Both the position numbers and the translations under genes were made by a program. DNA of 64,000 nt from an uncultured Flavobacteriaceae bacterium (lineage in GTDB: Bacteria; Bacteroidota; Bacteroidia; Flavobacteriales; Flavobacteriaceae): contig CALGUD010000150.1 in assembly GCA_937901915.1 (NCBI GenBank), forward strand, positions 6,067 to 70,066. Direction: 5' to 3'. Positions 1 through 9,997 of the stretch are shown here, piece after piece (the stretch's first letter is position 1; every line of letters starts with the position of its first letter). The notes under the pieces are model-generated. The model had not been told where the DNA came from and ran no database searches. It saw nothing but the letters and a program-made list of their open reading frames with translations.

Positions 1-60
1 GTTAGCTGTCAGTTAAATAATTTAATTCAGAGGTATATTTTTTTTAAATAGATTTCTTAT

Positions 61-945
61 CTAGTGTATTGTAATGCTGAATGAAGCTTGAAAATCTGAA
101 TTTGGATTTAGGGATAAAATCCCTTCTTTGGTTTTTAAATTTGAGTCTGTATTTTCATTGTCGGTTACTCCTAACCAGGGTTCAATACAAATAAAATCCC
201 CATCGGGTTTGGCCCAAATACCTAAATATTCAAAATCTCTGAAATCGACAGATAAAACTGGCCCTTTGGTTTTATGATTAAAACTTACCGACCTGGATTT
301 CAAATCTTTTAAAATGAGTGCATCATTATTAAATAGGGAGTGTTCTAGAAAAAGAGAGTCAGATTTGCTTAAAAGAGGCCGGGTTTCTCTACTTAAAAGA
401 CCCTCATCATTTAATAGATAGGTGTTACAATTTTCTTTTTCTTCAAATTTTAAAAAATAATCATCATAATTTTCATAACCGGTTAGCGGACATTTAAAAG
501 CCGGGTGCCCACCTAAGGAAAAATACATAATACTATCACCATGGTTGACGATTTTATGGTTTATTGTAATAACCGGGCCATCGACAGAAAAAGTGATGTT
601 AAATTCAAATTTAAAAGGATAAATTTTCAGTGTTTCTTCAGAATATTTATATTGGAATGTAATAGAGTTATCAGAATGATACGCAATGTTGAGTTTTTCA
701 TTGTTCCTGATAAATCCATGTTTAGGAATGGAATATTCTTTACCTTCAAAAGTATATTTTCCATTTTTTAATGCACCAATCACAGGAAAAAGAACCGGTG
801 CATAGCTGTTCCATATATCCGGATTGGCATTCCACATATATTCATCACCTCCTTTATTTTGAATGCTGCAAATCTCAGCACCTTTTTTAGTGATTCTAAC
901 TTTTAGAAAATCGCTTTTAATCGTAAAAGATTCAGAATTTTGCAT
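61..945 (-). CDS. aldose 1-epimerase (galactose mutarotase-like) family protein
   Basis: 294-aa ORF. N-terminal pattern GAEI.S......EYMW...P..W....PVLFPVIG.L..G.Y.F.GK.Y...KHGF.R is typical of the aldose-epimerase superfamily. Confidence 0.65.
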   Translation of the reverse strand: MQNSESFTIKSDFLKVRITKKGAEICSIQNKGGDEYMWNANPDIWNSYAPVLFPVIGALKNGKYTFEGKEYSIPKHGFIRNNEKLNIAYHSDNSITFQYKYSEETLKIYPFKFEFNITFSVDGPVITINHKIVNHGDSIMYFSLGGHPAFKCPLTGYENYDDYFLKFEEKENCNTYLLNDEGLLSRETRPLLSKSDSLFLEHSLFNNDALILKDLKSRSVSFNHKTKGPVLSVDFRDFEYLGIWAKPDGDFICIEPWLGVTDNENTDSNLKTKEGILSLNPNSDFQASFSITIH

Positions 946-1055
946 TGAAACAGCTTTAGTTTTATTTACTCTTCAAAAATAATAATTTGCTATGAGTATT
1001 CACTTAATATATAGTTTTTTGGTGGTATATTTAATTATTATTAACTAAGTATTTA

Positions 1056-1586
1056 ATGAAAACTATTTTAGCATTCGCAGGGAGTAATTCTTCCACTTCA
1101 ATCAATTATGAATTAGTAAAATATACTACGTCACAAATCAAGAATTTTGATATTCAGCTTTTAAAAATGTCAGACATGCCTTTTCCTATGTACAGTATTG
1201 ATGCTGAAAAGAATGATGGCTTTAAGAACTCATTAATAGAATTGCATGAAGATATTAAGAAGGCATCCGGTATAATCATATCGGTTAATGAGCATAACAG
1301 TAACCCTTCGGCATACTTTAAGAATCTTATTGACTGGCTGTCAAGGCTAGACAGAAAGTTCCTGGACAATAAAAAAGTATTATTAATGAGCACTTCAGGC
1401 GGAGAGCGGGGCGGACAAGGAGCTTTAACCACAGTAAAAAATTTACTACCACGTTTTGGTGCCGTGGTGGTTGATACTTTTTCACTACCATTCTTTAATA
1501 CGAATTTTTCAGAGAACACGATTGGTGATACCGACTTAAAAACCGAACATTTAAAAGTGCTTAATGATTTTCTAAGCGAGGTTTAA
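1056..1586 (+). CDS. NAD(P)H-dependent FMN reductase-like oxidoreductase
   Basis: 176-aa ORF. Flavodoxin-like opening ILAFAGSNSS.S.N and size match the NADPH-dependent FMN reductase family. Confidence 0.65.
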   Translation: MKTILAFAGSNSSTSINYELVKYTTSQIKNFDIQLLKMSDMPFPMYSIDAEKNDGFKNSLIELHEDIKKASGIIISVNEHNSNPSAYFKNLIDWLSRLDRKFLDNKKVLLMSTSGGERGGQGALTTVKNLLPRFGAVVVDTFSLPFFNTNFSENTIGDTDLKTEHLKVLNDFLSEV

Positions 1587-1625
1587 GTCTTTTGTAGTTT
1601 AATAAATTCCCCTTCATTAAAAATA

Positions 1626-2750
1626 ATGCAATTAAGTAACATAATAAAAATAGTTATATTGGTTGTGCTAGTGGTCATTGTTTACAAGGTCTCTAAAAAG
1701 CCAATTCTTATATACATATCCAAATTATCTTTGCCGGAGGAAGTTACTTCATATAAAAGTATATCGGAAGCATCACTTGCTTCTGAAAATCATGAAATGA
1801 AAAAACTATTTGATGACCATGATGATTATCCTCCTCTAAAAGATTTTTTTTATGACTTCATTAATAAAAATCACTATATAAAAACTTTTGATAAAAGTGA
1901 CGAATGCGCTGATTGTTATATTTATTGGAGACTCAATAACCGAGGGGATATAACAGACTCAATTGCTGTTACGAGTGGAAAACTATTTAATTCCGGAGTG
2001 TTTTTTTATAATGACTATTATATAGATTGGTTCAATACAGGTGATAAAACTAAGAAAAACTATATAGAAGTTATAGATGACAGTACGCTTACAAGAGATC
2101 AGATTAAAACCTATATAAAAGACGCAAAAGCCCTGGATTCCGGTGTTGATTATTCTGATTTTAAAAATGTAAAAATAGATCTTTTTATATTTAATGGGGA
2201 AGGGTGGTCTTTGATAAAGTCCAAAAAACTCTATAACGAGATAGTTCCTGTAGAAGAAGAAAGGGACTATAAGTCGAAAGGAAAAGAACAATTACACTTG
2301 ATGAAGGATACTGAGACATTTAGTCTAAAATTGGAATCTTATTTTGGGAGCTTTAAGAAAAGATACACATTACTGGATAGATTCCGACCCACGTATTTAA
2401 AAAATAAAAGTAAAGAATATACTTTTGAAGTTGTAGCTTTTAAAAAAATTAAATATGATGAACCATCAAAATTCAGCTTTGCGGATGTTAGTTATGGACC
2501 TCCCGGATGGTATGGAATTGGTTATGTCACACTAAATTACGGATCAGAACCCGTTATCCCTTTTAAACTGGAGGCAATAGAATATGAAGACAAAATTGAA
2601 ACAGGAATCAATATTTATTATCCGGAAATGGAGACCGGAGAAGTCCTTACTCTGGCAATAATAAGCGCTAAAAGAAACAGAGAGGATCCTCTTGATTATA
2701 ACGGTCTGTACGTTATAAGGCCTAAAGAGATATTGGCAGTAGAAGAATAG
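1626..2750 (+). CDS. hypothetical membrane-anchored protein
   Basis: 374-aa ORF with a single N-terminal hydrophobic helix (IIKIVILVVLVVIVY). No family recognised. Confidence 0.5.
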   Translation: MQLSNIIKIVILVVLVVIVYKVSKKPILIYISKLSLPEEVTSYKSISEASLASENHEMKKLFDDHDDYPPLKDFFYDFINKNHYIKTFDKSDECADCYIYWRLNNRGDITDSIAVTSGKLFNSGVFFYNDYYIDWFNTGDKTKKNYIEVIDDSTLTRDQIKTYIKDAKALDSGVDYSDFKNVKIDLFIFNGEGWSLIKSKKLYNEIVPVEEERDYKSKGKEQLHLMKDTETFSLKLESYFGSFKKRYTLLDRFRPTYLKNKSKEYTFEVVAFKKIKYDEPSKFSFADVSYGPPGWYGIGYVTLNYGSEPVIPFKLEAIEYEDKIETGINIYYPEMETGEVLTLAIISAKRNREDPLDYNGLYVIRPKEILAVEE

Positions 2751-2904
2751 TGCTTACATAAACTATTAAGGGAAAATGGTCGCACAAGAGAGACTAGAAA
2801 GGTGAGTAGTAAAAAAACCCATATTTAACTTACAATGTGAACACTAAATGAAAAATAATTTCATACACTTTACTTAATTTTTAATATTTGGTTAAAAAGT
2901 ATTT

Positions 2905-3144
2905 ATGCATACTGCCCATTTAAAAATTAGTGATAAAATTTATGACAGGCTTATGGCTTTGTTGAATGATTTTAGTAAAGACGACCTGGAAGTTATCTCA
3001 GAAAGTACTTATTATACTGAAGCCAAAGAGTATCTTCAAAGCGAATTGGAGAGTATTAAAAAAGGTAAAGCAAAATTCTTATCCGTAGAAGAAGCCGAAG
3101 AACGATTTGAGAAAATCATAAAAAAATATAAGGATCCGTCTTAA
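2905..3144 (+). CDS. putative type II antitoxin (small helical, acidic)
   Basis: 79-aa ORF. Its 3' end overlaps a ParE/RelE-like reading frame. Composition and position resemble Bacteroidota addiction-module antitoxins. Assigned from memory, not from a search. Confidence 0.4.
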   Translation: MHTAHLKISDKIYDRLMALLNDFSKDDLEVISESTYYTEAKEYLQSELESIKKGKAKFLSVEEAEERFEKIIKKYKDPS

Positions 3145-3214
3145 AACCTCGTTTGTTAACCGGCTGGAACATCAAATTGAATTCATTGCGCTTCACAACC
3201 CCCCCCCCAACTAA
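3122..3214 (+). pseudogene. decayed ParE/RelE-like toxin remnant
   Basis: The frame open from 3122 reads KNIRIRLKTSFVNRLEHQIEFIALHNPPPN*. This resembles the N-terminus of ParE/RelE toxins (..a..dl..I.eYIa.dNP). It has no ATG/GTG/TTG start and terminates just after a C10 homopolymer (3199-3208). All three frames stop within ~60 nt downstream. Confidence 0.35.
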
Positions 3215-3412
3215 CAACAAACATTTAAGGGTTTTAAATGATTTTACAAATGAGGTATAATTTAGGTTTTTATCTCTCAGTAAATAAGACTGCTGTGTAA
3301 TTAACTCATTGTGAAAATTTTAGCTTTTTGTTCTATATAATTTAACCAAAAAGTTTTCCTTTTAACTTTGAATGACCCTAATATTGAATTCGATTTTAAC
3401 TAACCAAAAAAT

Positions 3413-4890
3413 ATGGATTCTAAAAAGTACCTTTTTTTATTACTCTTACCATTTAATTTACAAGCACAATTTTCCTCAACACTTATTGATGAAGAAACCC
3501 AAAAAACAATTCCTTTTGCTACTATACAACTTATAAATGCTAAGACAGCTACCGTTTCTAATGAAGAAGGTGAATTTAGCATACACATAAATGAGAATGA
3601 TATAGATTCATTATTGATTTCTTGTATGGGTTACGAAAGTAAAACTATTGCTACTACTAATCTTAAGGATAGTACCATTCTTTTAAAACCAAAAATATTC
3701 GAACTTAATTCTGTTCTGGTCAGTAACAAAATCTATACTGCAGATGAAATTATAGAAAACGTTATTGATAATTTTGAAAAAAATCATTACAAATCTTTCG
3801 CAAAAAAAAGAGTTTTTATAAGAGATTCTTACCATCAATTCCTTGATGGTATTGATTATAAGATAAAAAATCTACTATTGATGAAATTAATGAGGAACTA
3901 GTAAATAGTATTGTTAAAATCATTCCTAAAAGCAATAAATATTTTAATGAAACCCTGATGGATTTATATCAGGATATAGAAGACGAGGAAATAAAAGTAA
4001 AAATCATTAAAACTTTATGGCTGGAAGAGAAATTACAAAATAGTAAATTTGAAAATATTGAAGATACTATAATGGATATTCTTAAACGAAATACCAAGAA
4101 AGGGTCTTACCTGAAACTAAAATCCGGAATCATACCAATTAGTGGAAAGCTGCAGTTAGATTCTATTATAAATGATAAAAAAGCAGAGACTGAAAAACAA
4201 AAAACAGATAATAAGCAACCTTACTTTAATTATAAAAAATGGGCTTTCAGTAACTTTTTAAAAACAGTAATCAGCTTAGATAATACTGAAATAGATGTTA
4301 TTAAGAAAAATGGCAGGTATGTTTTTCAAATAGAAGATTATGTAGATATTGATAATAAACTAGCTTACGTTATCTCATTTTATCCTAAAAGAAATGCCGA
4401 TTTTATAGGCAAGCTTTACATAAACACAGATGATTTTGCTATTTTAAGAGTAGATGTTGAAAGTGCACAGCAGGTTTTTGATAAAAAATTTAATATGCTG
4501 GGTATACACTATAATAAATTAAGCTATAAAGCCACTTTGTTTTTTTCAAAAGATAATGATAAGTATCAAATTAAGTATATTAGAAAGCAAGTTAAGGATG
4601 CATTTAGTCTGGACAGACCTTTTAAAATAATTGAAAAAAATAAGATCGTAAAAGGTAGAAGAAAGCAGAATGAAATGGCTTTTGATTTAAAATTGAAGAT
4701 GATAAGTACAACAACAAATGAAGCTATTTTTTTTAATAATGAAATATTGAACGTTAAAGCATTCGAAAGTTATAAAGAAGATGTTGATTTTGAAATAGAC
4801 AGATCAACTAAATATGATCCGGAATACTGGAATGGTTATAATATTATAGCTCCCGAAAAAGCAATTAGGGATTTTGATGTGTCACAGTAA
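3413..4890 (+). pseudogene. CarboxypepD_reg-like domain protein, split by a 1-nt frameshift
   Basis: ORFs 3413-3901 and 3958-4890 are in different frames. The second frame is open back to 3862 (DKKSTIDEINEELVNSIVKIIPKSNKYFNETLM...). The frames cross at the A6 run 3865-3870, and one extra A would fuse them into a ~490-aa protein. The N-terminus has a signal peptide plus the carboxypeptidase-regulatory-like motif (DEETQKTIPFATIQL.....VSNEEGEFSI). Confidence 0.6.
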
Positions 4891-4913
4891 ACTTATTTCA
4901 ATATAAAATAGTC

Positions 4914-6194
4914 CTAAATAATCTTATTCATCTTTTTTTTAATCTCATCCAAACATAAATTACCTAAACTGCCCTGGTGCGTATGCTTAATATCCCTTTT
5001 TGGATTAAAAGTGCCTTCGTCAATTTCTTTCCCCATTTGTTTGTAGGCATCCCTGAATGGCATTCCACCCAGTACAAGGTCATTTAAAGTATCTACACTG
5101 AACAAATAATCATACTTTTTATCGTCCAGTATATTGGGATTTACCTGGATGCTTTTTATAGAAAAGTTCATCATTTCCAAACAGGATTTTAACTCCTGGA
5201 TGGCGGGTACGATAATTTCTTTTGTGAGTTGAAGTTCTCTGTGGTAACCACTAGGTAAATTGGTAGTGAGCATCGCCAGCTGATTTGGAACAGCCTGTAT
5301 TTTATTACATTTTCCCCTGATTAATTCAAAAACATCCGGGTTCTTTTTATGGGGCATAATACTGGAACCTGTTGTTAATTCATCAGGGAAAGAGATAAAA
5401 TCGAAGTTCTGACTCATGTACAAACAAATATCCATTGCCATTTTAGATAGGGTAGAGGCTACACTACTAATCCCAAAAGCGGTACTCTTTTCAGCTTTTC
5501 CCCGGCTCATTTGTGCTGCTACCACGTTGTATTTGAGCGTTTCAAAGCCAATTTCCTTAGTGGTGAATTCCCGGTCAATAGGAAAGGAACTGCCATAACC
5601 GGCAGCACTTCCGAGAGGATTCTGGTCTACTATTCTGTAAGCTGCATTAATAAAGTGCATATCGTCTATTAAGGTTTCAGCGTATGCAGAAAACCAGAGA
5701 CCGAATGATGAAGGCATGGCAATTTGTAAATGCGTATAGCCGGGCAATAAAACAGCTTCATGCTTCTCGGCTAAAGAAATAAGTGTGTTAAACAACTCCC
5801 TGGTTTGCACTTTAATTTCATCCAGTTCATTTTTGAGGTATAAATGTACGGCAACCAGAACCTGGTCATTTCTGGATCTGGCTGTGTGTATTTTTTTTCC
5901 GGCATCACCTAATTTCTGAGTAAGGATAAATTCTATTTTTGAATGGACATCTTCAAAGGTCTCCTCAATAGTAAAAATTCCCTTCTCAATATCATTTCCG
6001 ATATGATTAAGCTCATTAACCAGGCTATTCACCTCCTCTTTGGTGAGCAGGCCTATTTTAGCAAGCATTTTAGCGTGAGCTATGGATGCAATTACATCAT
6101 ACTTAGCTATTACAAGGTCCAGTTCCCTGTCGGAACCTACTGTGAAAATGTCTATTTTCTTATCGGTTGAAAAACCTTTATCCCAGAGTTTCAT
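4914..6194 (-). CDS. argH: argininosuccinate lyase
   Basis: 426 aa. Fumarate-lyase signature GSSIMPHKKNPD. Last gene of the arg cluster. Confidence 0.95.
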   Translation of the reverse strand: MKLWDKGFSTDKKIDIFTVGSDRELDLVIAKYDVIASIAHAKMLAKIGLLTKEEVNSLVNELNHIGNDIEKGIFTIEETFEDVHSKIEFILTQKLGDAGKKIHTARSRNDQVLVAVHLYLKNELDEIKVQTRELFNTLISLAEKHEAVLLPGYTHLQIAMPSSFGLWFSAYAETLIDDMHFINAAYRIVDQNPLGSAAGYGSSFPIDREFTTKEIGFETLKYNVVAAQMSRGKAEKSTAFGISSVASTLSKMAMDICLYMSQNFDFISFPDELTTGSSIMPHKKNPDVFELIRGKCNKIQAVPNQLAMLTTNLPSGYHRELQLTKEIIVPAIQELKSCLEMMNFSIKSIQVNPNILDDKKYDYLFSVDTLNDLVLGGMPFRDAYKQMGKEIDEGTFNPKRDIKHTHQGSLGNLCLDEIKKKMNKII

Positions 6195-6234
6195 AATTTA
6201 TATTTTTTTCTCCTTTAAATGTAGAAAAAGATGG

Positions 6235-7296
6235 TTATAGTACTTTATCTAATAATTTTATATACAAATCAATACCTTCTTCAATTTCATGAAGATAAAT
6301 GTATTCATCAGCCGAATGTGACCGTTTTGAATCGCCAGGCCCTAATTTTAGTGATGAACAACTTAATATTGCCTGATCTGATAGCGTAGGTGAACCATAC
6401 GTTTCCCTTCCTAGTTCAATACCCGCCTGTACCAATTCATGCTCTATTGGTATAGAAGAGGAATTTAAGCGCAGGGACCTGGGTTTAACTTCACAAGGTG
6501 CTTTATCTTTAATAGTATTGTATATTTCCCTGTTTGTGTATTTATCATTTACACGAACATCTATAACCAATTTTAAATCGGCCGGAACTACATTATGCTG
6601 GTTTCCGGCTTCTATTTGTGTCACGGTCATTTTAACCTCACCCAGGACTTCAGATACTTTTTTAAATCTGTAATCCCTGAACCATTCAATCGCTTTTATG
6701 GATTTATAAATACAATTATCATCATTGGGATGGGCGGCATGACTTGCCGTACCTTTTACAACTGCATCAAAAACAACCAGGCCTTTTTCGGCAACTGCGA
6801 GGTTCATTAGAGTAGGCTCACCTATAATGGCGACATTAATTTCGGGTAAATGTTTTAAAATTGAATTGAGTCCATTGAGTCCCGAGCTTTCTTCTTCGGC
6901 AGAAGCTACAATAACTACATTGTATTTGAGGTCGGGTTTATCATAAAAATGAGTGAAGGTAGCAATGAGTGAAACCAGGCATCCGCCTGCATCATTACTT
7001 CCAAGGCCGTATAATTTTCCATCTTCTACCAACGGATTAAACGGGTCTTTTGTAAATGCCGAATTTGGTTTTACCGTATCATGATGTGAATTTAAAAGCA
7101 ACAATGGTTTACCTTCTTTATAGTGCTTGTTAAATGCCCAGATGTTGTTGTTTTCTCTTTTAAAGGGAATATCATTTTTATTGAACCAATTTTCAATAAG
7201 AATAGCGGTTTTATCTTCTTCAGAGGAAAAAGAAGGTGTTGAAATAAGCCCTTTAAGCAGCTCTATAGCGTTATGTGTAAGTTCTTTTTGGGTCAT
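6235..7296 (-). CDS. argE: M20-family deacylase (ArgE-like acyl-ornithine/acyl-citrulline deacylase)
   Basis: 353 aa. M20 metallopeptidase motifs (NSHHDTV, GLGSNDAGG, EEES). Start overlaps the argB stop by 1 nt. Confidence 0.8.
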   Translation of the reverse strand: MTQKELTHNAIELLKGLISTPSFSSEEDKTAILIENWFNKNDIPFKRENNNIWAFNKHYKEGKPLLLLNSHHDTVKPNSAFTKDPFNPLVEDGKLYGLGSNDAGGCLVSLIATFTHFYDKPDLKYNVVIVASAEEESSGLNGLNSILKHLPEINVAIIGEPTLMNLAVAEKGLVVFDAVVKGTASHAAHPNDDNCIYKSIKAIEWFRDYRFKKVSEVLGEVKMTVTQIEAGNQHNVVPADLKLVIDVRVNDKYTNREIYNTIKDKAPCEVKPRSLRLNSSSIPIEHELVQAGIELGRETYGSPTLSDQAILSCSSLKLGPGDSKRSHSADEYIYLHEIEEGIDLYIKLLDKVL

Positions 7297-8075
7297 TATA
7301 AAGTAATCGTGGTTTTTAAGGGATGTTCTTTACTTATCATTTGTATGCTTCCGATGTGAACCTTTGCTACATTTCTTTCTAAGGCATAAAAGCAGTTATG
7401 CAACTTCGGCAACATTCCATCGGCTATAATTTTATCTTCAAGTAATTGTTTATATGATTGACTGTCAATATTTTTTATTACAGAGTTCTCATCATTGATG
7501 TCTTTTAAAACTCCATTTTTTTCAAAACAATAATACAAATGAGTTTCAAAGCCCCTGCTTAAGCTTATTGCAATTTCCGATGCAATTGTATCGGCGTTGG
7601 TATTAAATAATTGTCCTTTTTTGTCATGGGTTATTGCACAACACACAGGAGAAATATTGTTATTGAGTAATAAAGATAACATTTTGTCATTCACTTTTTC
7701 AACATCACCTACAAACCCGAAGTCAAATTCTTTAACCGGTCGCTGTACTGATTCAATGATATTTAAATCAGCACCGGACAATCCCACGGCATTACAATTA
7801 TAAGCCTGTAGTTTGGCAACAAGGGTTTTATTAACGAGTCCGCCATAAACCATGGTAATGATCTTTAAAGTTTCAGCATCCGTAATTCTCCTTCCGTCAA
7901 CCATTTTGGTTTCCACGCCCATCTTATTGGCTAGTTGAGTTGCAAGTTTACCACCACCGTGAACCAATATTTTTGGACCTTTGAGTGCTGCAAAATCAGC
8001 GCTGAAGGTGTTGAGGGCGTCTTCGTTTTCTATTAGGTTACCACCTATTTTTACTATAGATACTTTTTGTTTCAT
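7296..8075 (-). CDS. argB: acetylglutamate kinase (acyl-glutamate kinase)
   Basis: 259 aa. Amino-acid-kinase motifs IVKIGGN and ILVHGGG. Confidence 0.9.
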   Translation of the reverse strand: MKQKVSIVKIGGNLIENEDALNTFSADFAALKGPKILVHGGGKLATQLANKMGVETKMVDGRRITDAETLKIITMVYGGLVNKTLVAKLQAYNCNAVGLSGADLNIIESVQRPVKEFDFGFVGDVEKVNDKMLSLLLNNNISPVCCAITHDKKGQLFNTNADTIASEIAISLSRGFETHLYYCFEKNGVLKDINDENSVIKNIDSQSYKQLLEDKIIADGMLPKLHNCFYALERNVAKVHIGSIQMISKEHPLKTTITL

Positions 8076-8093
8076 TTTCGCTTAGTTTTTGCC

Positions 8094-8154
8094 CGCCCGC
8101 CGGCTGGCCCGTTCGCTAAAAATGTACGCTGTACATTTTCTTTACGCTCCGTCC
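8094..8154. repeat. 61-bp GC-rich insertion inside the argF'-argB spacer
   Basis: The sequence cgcccgccggctggcccgttcgctaaaaatgtacgctgtacattttctttacgctccgtcc contains the perfect hairpin aaaatgtac-gct-gtacatttt (8119-8139). It is flanked by ~25-bp imperfect direct repeats at 8068-8093 and 8155-8178. Confidence 0.7.
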
Positions 8155-8203
8155 TGTTTCATTTTGCTTTGTTTTGCCAAACCAACGTAAGCTCATAACA
8201 GGT

Positions 8204-9142
8204 TTACAGGTTATTCAGAATATTTTTTAATACTACCTGGGCCGAATATGTTCTATTGTTGGCTTGTTGTATAACAACGGACTGATCACTATCTAAAACG
8301 TCGTCACTCACCACTACATTTCTACGTACCGGTAAACAATGCATAAAACGGGCATGGCCTAATTTTTTAAGGGTCATCATCCAGTTCTCGTCAGTACATT
8401 CAACCTGGCCGTAATTTTTATAGCTACTCCAGTTTTTTACATACACAAAATCCGCATCCTTGAGGGCTTCTTCCTGATTATGTATAATAGGTGTGTTATT
8501 TGTGACCTCCGGATTTAATTCATAACCTTCAGGGTGGGTAATTACAAAATCAACATCAATTAACTGCATCATTTTAGTAAATGAATTGGGTACTGCATGG
8601 GGTAAAGCTCGCGGATGTGGCGCCCATGATAATACTACTTTTGGCTTCTTTTTCTTTTGTAATTCGGTTATAGTAATGGCATCGGCTAAAGCCTGTAAAG
8701 GGTGAGCCGTAGCACTTTCCATGTTAACAACAGGTACAGTAGCATACTTTTGGAAGCTTCTCAATATCATTTCTTCCTGATCTTTTTCTTTATCAGTTAA
8801 AGAAGGAAAAGCCCTTAATGCAATAATGTCAACAAATTGTGATATTACTGCCGCTGCTTCCTTGATGTGCTCGGCAGTATTGGTGTTCATGATACTCCCA
8901 TCTTCAAATTCCAATGCCCATCCATCCGAATTTAAATTCATAGTCATGGTTCTCATGCCTAAATTTTCCGCAGCTTTTTGGGTGCTTAAACGTGTTCTTA
9001 AACTTGAATTAAAAAACAATAAACCAATAGTTTTATGTTTCCCCAAATTTTCAAAAGAAAATGGATCTTTTTTTATTGAAATAGCTTCGTCAATCAGGCT
9101 TTTTACATCCGGGATATCTTCAAGGTCTAAAAACTGTTTCAT
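8204..9142 (-). CDS. argF': N-acyl-L-ornithine carbamoyltransferase (ArgF' type, acetyl- or succinyl-ornithine)
   Basis: 312 aa. Has SLRTR carbamoyl-phosphate motif and HCLP motif. Short length and divergent ornithine-binding half are typical of Bacteroidota/Xanthomonas ArgF'. Confidence 0.85.
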   Translation of the reverse strand: MKQFLDLEDIPDVKSLIDEAISIKKDPFSFENLGKHKTIGLLFFNSSLRTRLSTQKAAENLGMRTMTMNLNSDGWALEFEDGSIMNTNTAEHIKEAAAVISQFVDIIALRAFPSLTDKEKDQEEMILRSFQKYATVPVVNMESATAHPLQALADAITITELQKKKKPKVVLSWAPHPRALPHAVPNSFTKMMQLIDVDFVITHPEGYELNPEVTNNTPIIHNQEEALKDADFVYVKNWSSYKNYGQVECTDENWMMTLKKLGHARFMHCLPVRRNVVVSDDVLDSDQSVVIQQANNRTYSAQVVLKNILNNL

Positions 9143-9217
9143 TTATTTGTTTCAGGTTTAAATTTTATTATTTCAATTTATTTGAGAAAATATTTATAAT
9201 CTCTGTTATTTTCAGGG

Positions 9218-9997
9218 TTACATTACAATTTTGGTGAAGGGTATCCTGTTATTAATTGCATTTATTATAAAATTATCTTCGAGCCCGTTTACAACCCACG
9301 TTTCTATATTTGCTTTTCCGGCAATTTCAACAGCATCTATTTTTGATTGCATACCACCTGTACCATGTGATGATTTGTTTATTGAAACTTCTTTACTTAG
9401 TTCACTGATGTTGTTTGCTGATAAAATCGTTTCCGGTTTACCTTTCTCTAACGATTCCCGGGTATAAAATCCATTGGTATTGGTAGCGATTATAAGTAAA
9501 TCAACATTAAGAAGCACAGCTGTTAAGGCTGCCAGCTTATCGTTGTCCCCGAATTTTATTTCATCGGTTGCAACCGTATCATTTTCATTAATAACGGGAA
9601 TGTAATTATTTGCCAATAAAACATTAATGGTATTTGAAATATTTTCTTTCGATTCTTTTCTCTCAAAATCTGAATAGGAGAGCAAGCATTGTGATATAAA
9701 CAGTCCCAACTCCCTGAAATTTTCCTGGTAAATACGCATTAAATGCAATTGGCCAATAGAAGCGAGTGCTTGTTTAACGGTTATTTCCTTTCCATTTCCT
9801 TCCAGATTTACAAACTGTTTAGCTGCGGCAATTGCACCTGAACTTACAATAACAAATTCGTAATCATCTTTTAACTGCGCGATTTGCCGGGCAATATCTT
9901 CTATTTTTCCCCGGGAAATATGATTGGTTTCCCTGGTAAGGGTATTGGAACCTATTTTAAGTAATACTCTTTTTTTATCTGATTTGTCCATTGCCAT
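9218..9997 (-). CDS. proB: glutamate 5-kinase (short form without PUA domain)
   Basis: 259 aa. Motif LLKIGSNTLT and amino-acid-kinase fold. Overlaps the proA 3' end. Confidence 0.85.
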   Translation of the reverse strand: MAMDKSDKKRVLLKIGSNTLTRETNHISRGKIEDIARQIAQLKDDYEFVIVSSGAIAAAKQFVNLEGNGKEITVKQALASIGQLHLMRIYQENFRELGLFISQCLLSYSDFERKESKENISNTINVLLANNYIPVINENDTVATDEIKFGDNDKLAALTAVLLNVDLLIIATNTNGFYTRESLEKGKPETILSANNISELSKEVSINKSSHGTGGMQSKIDAVEIAGKANIETWVVNGLEDNFIINAINNRIPFTKIVM

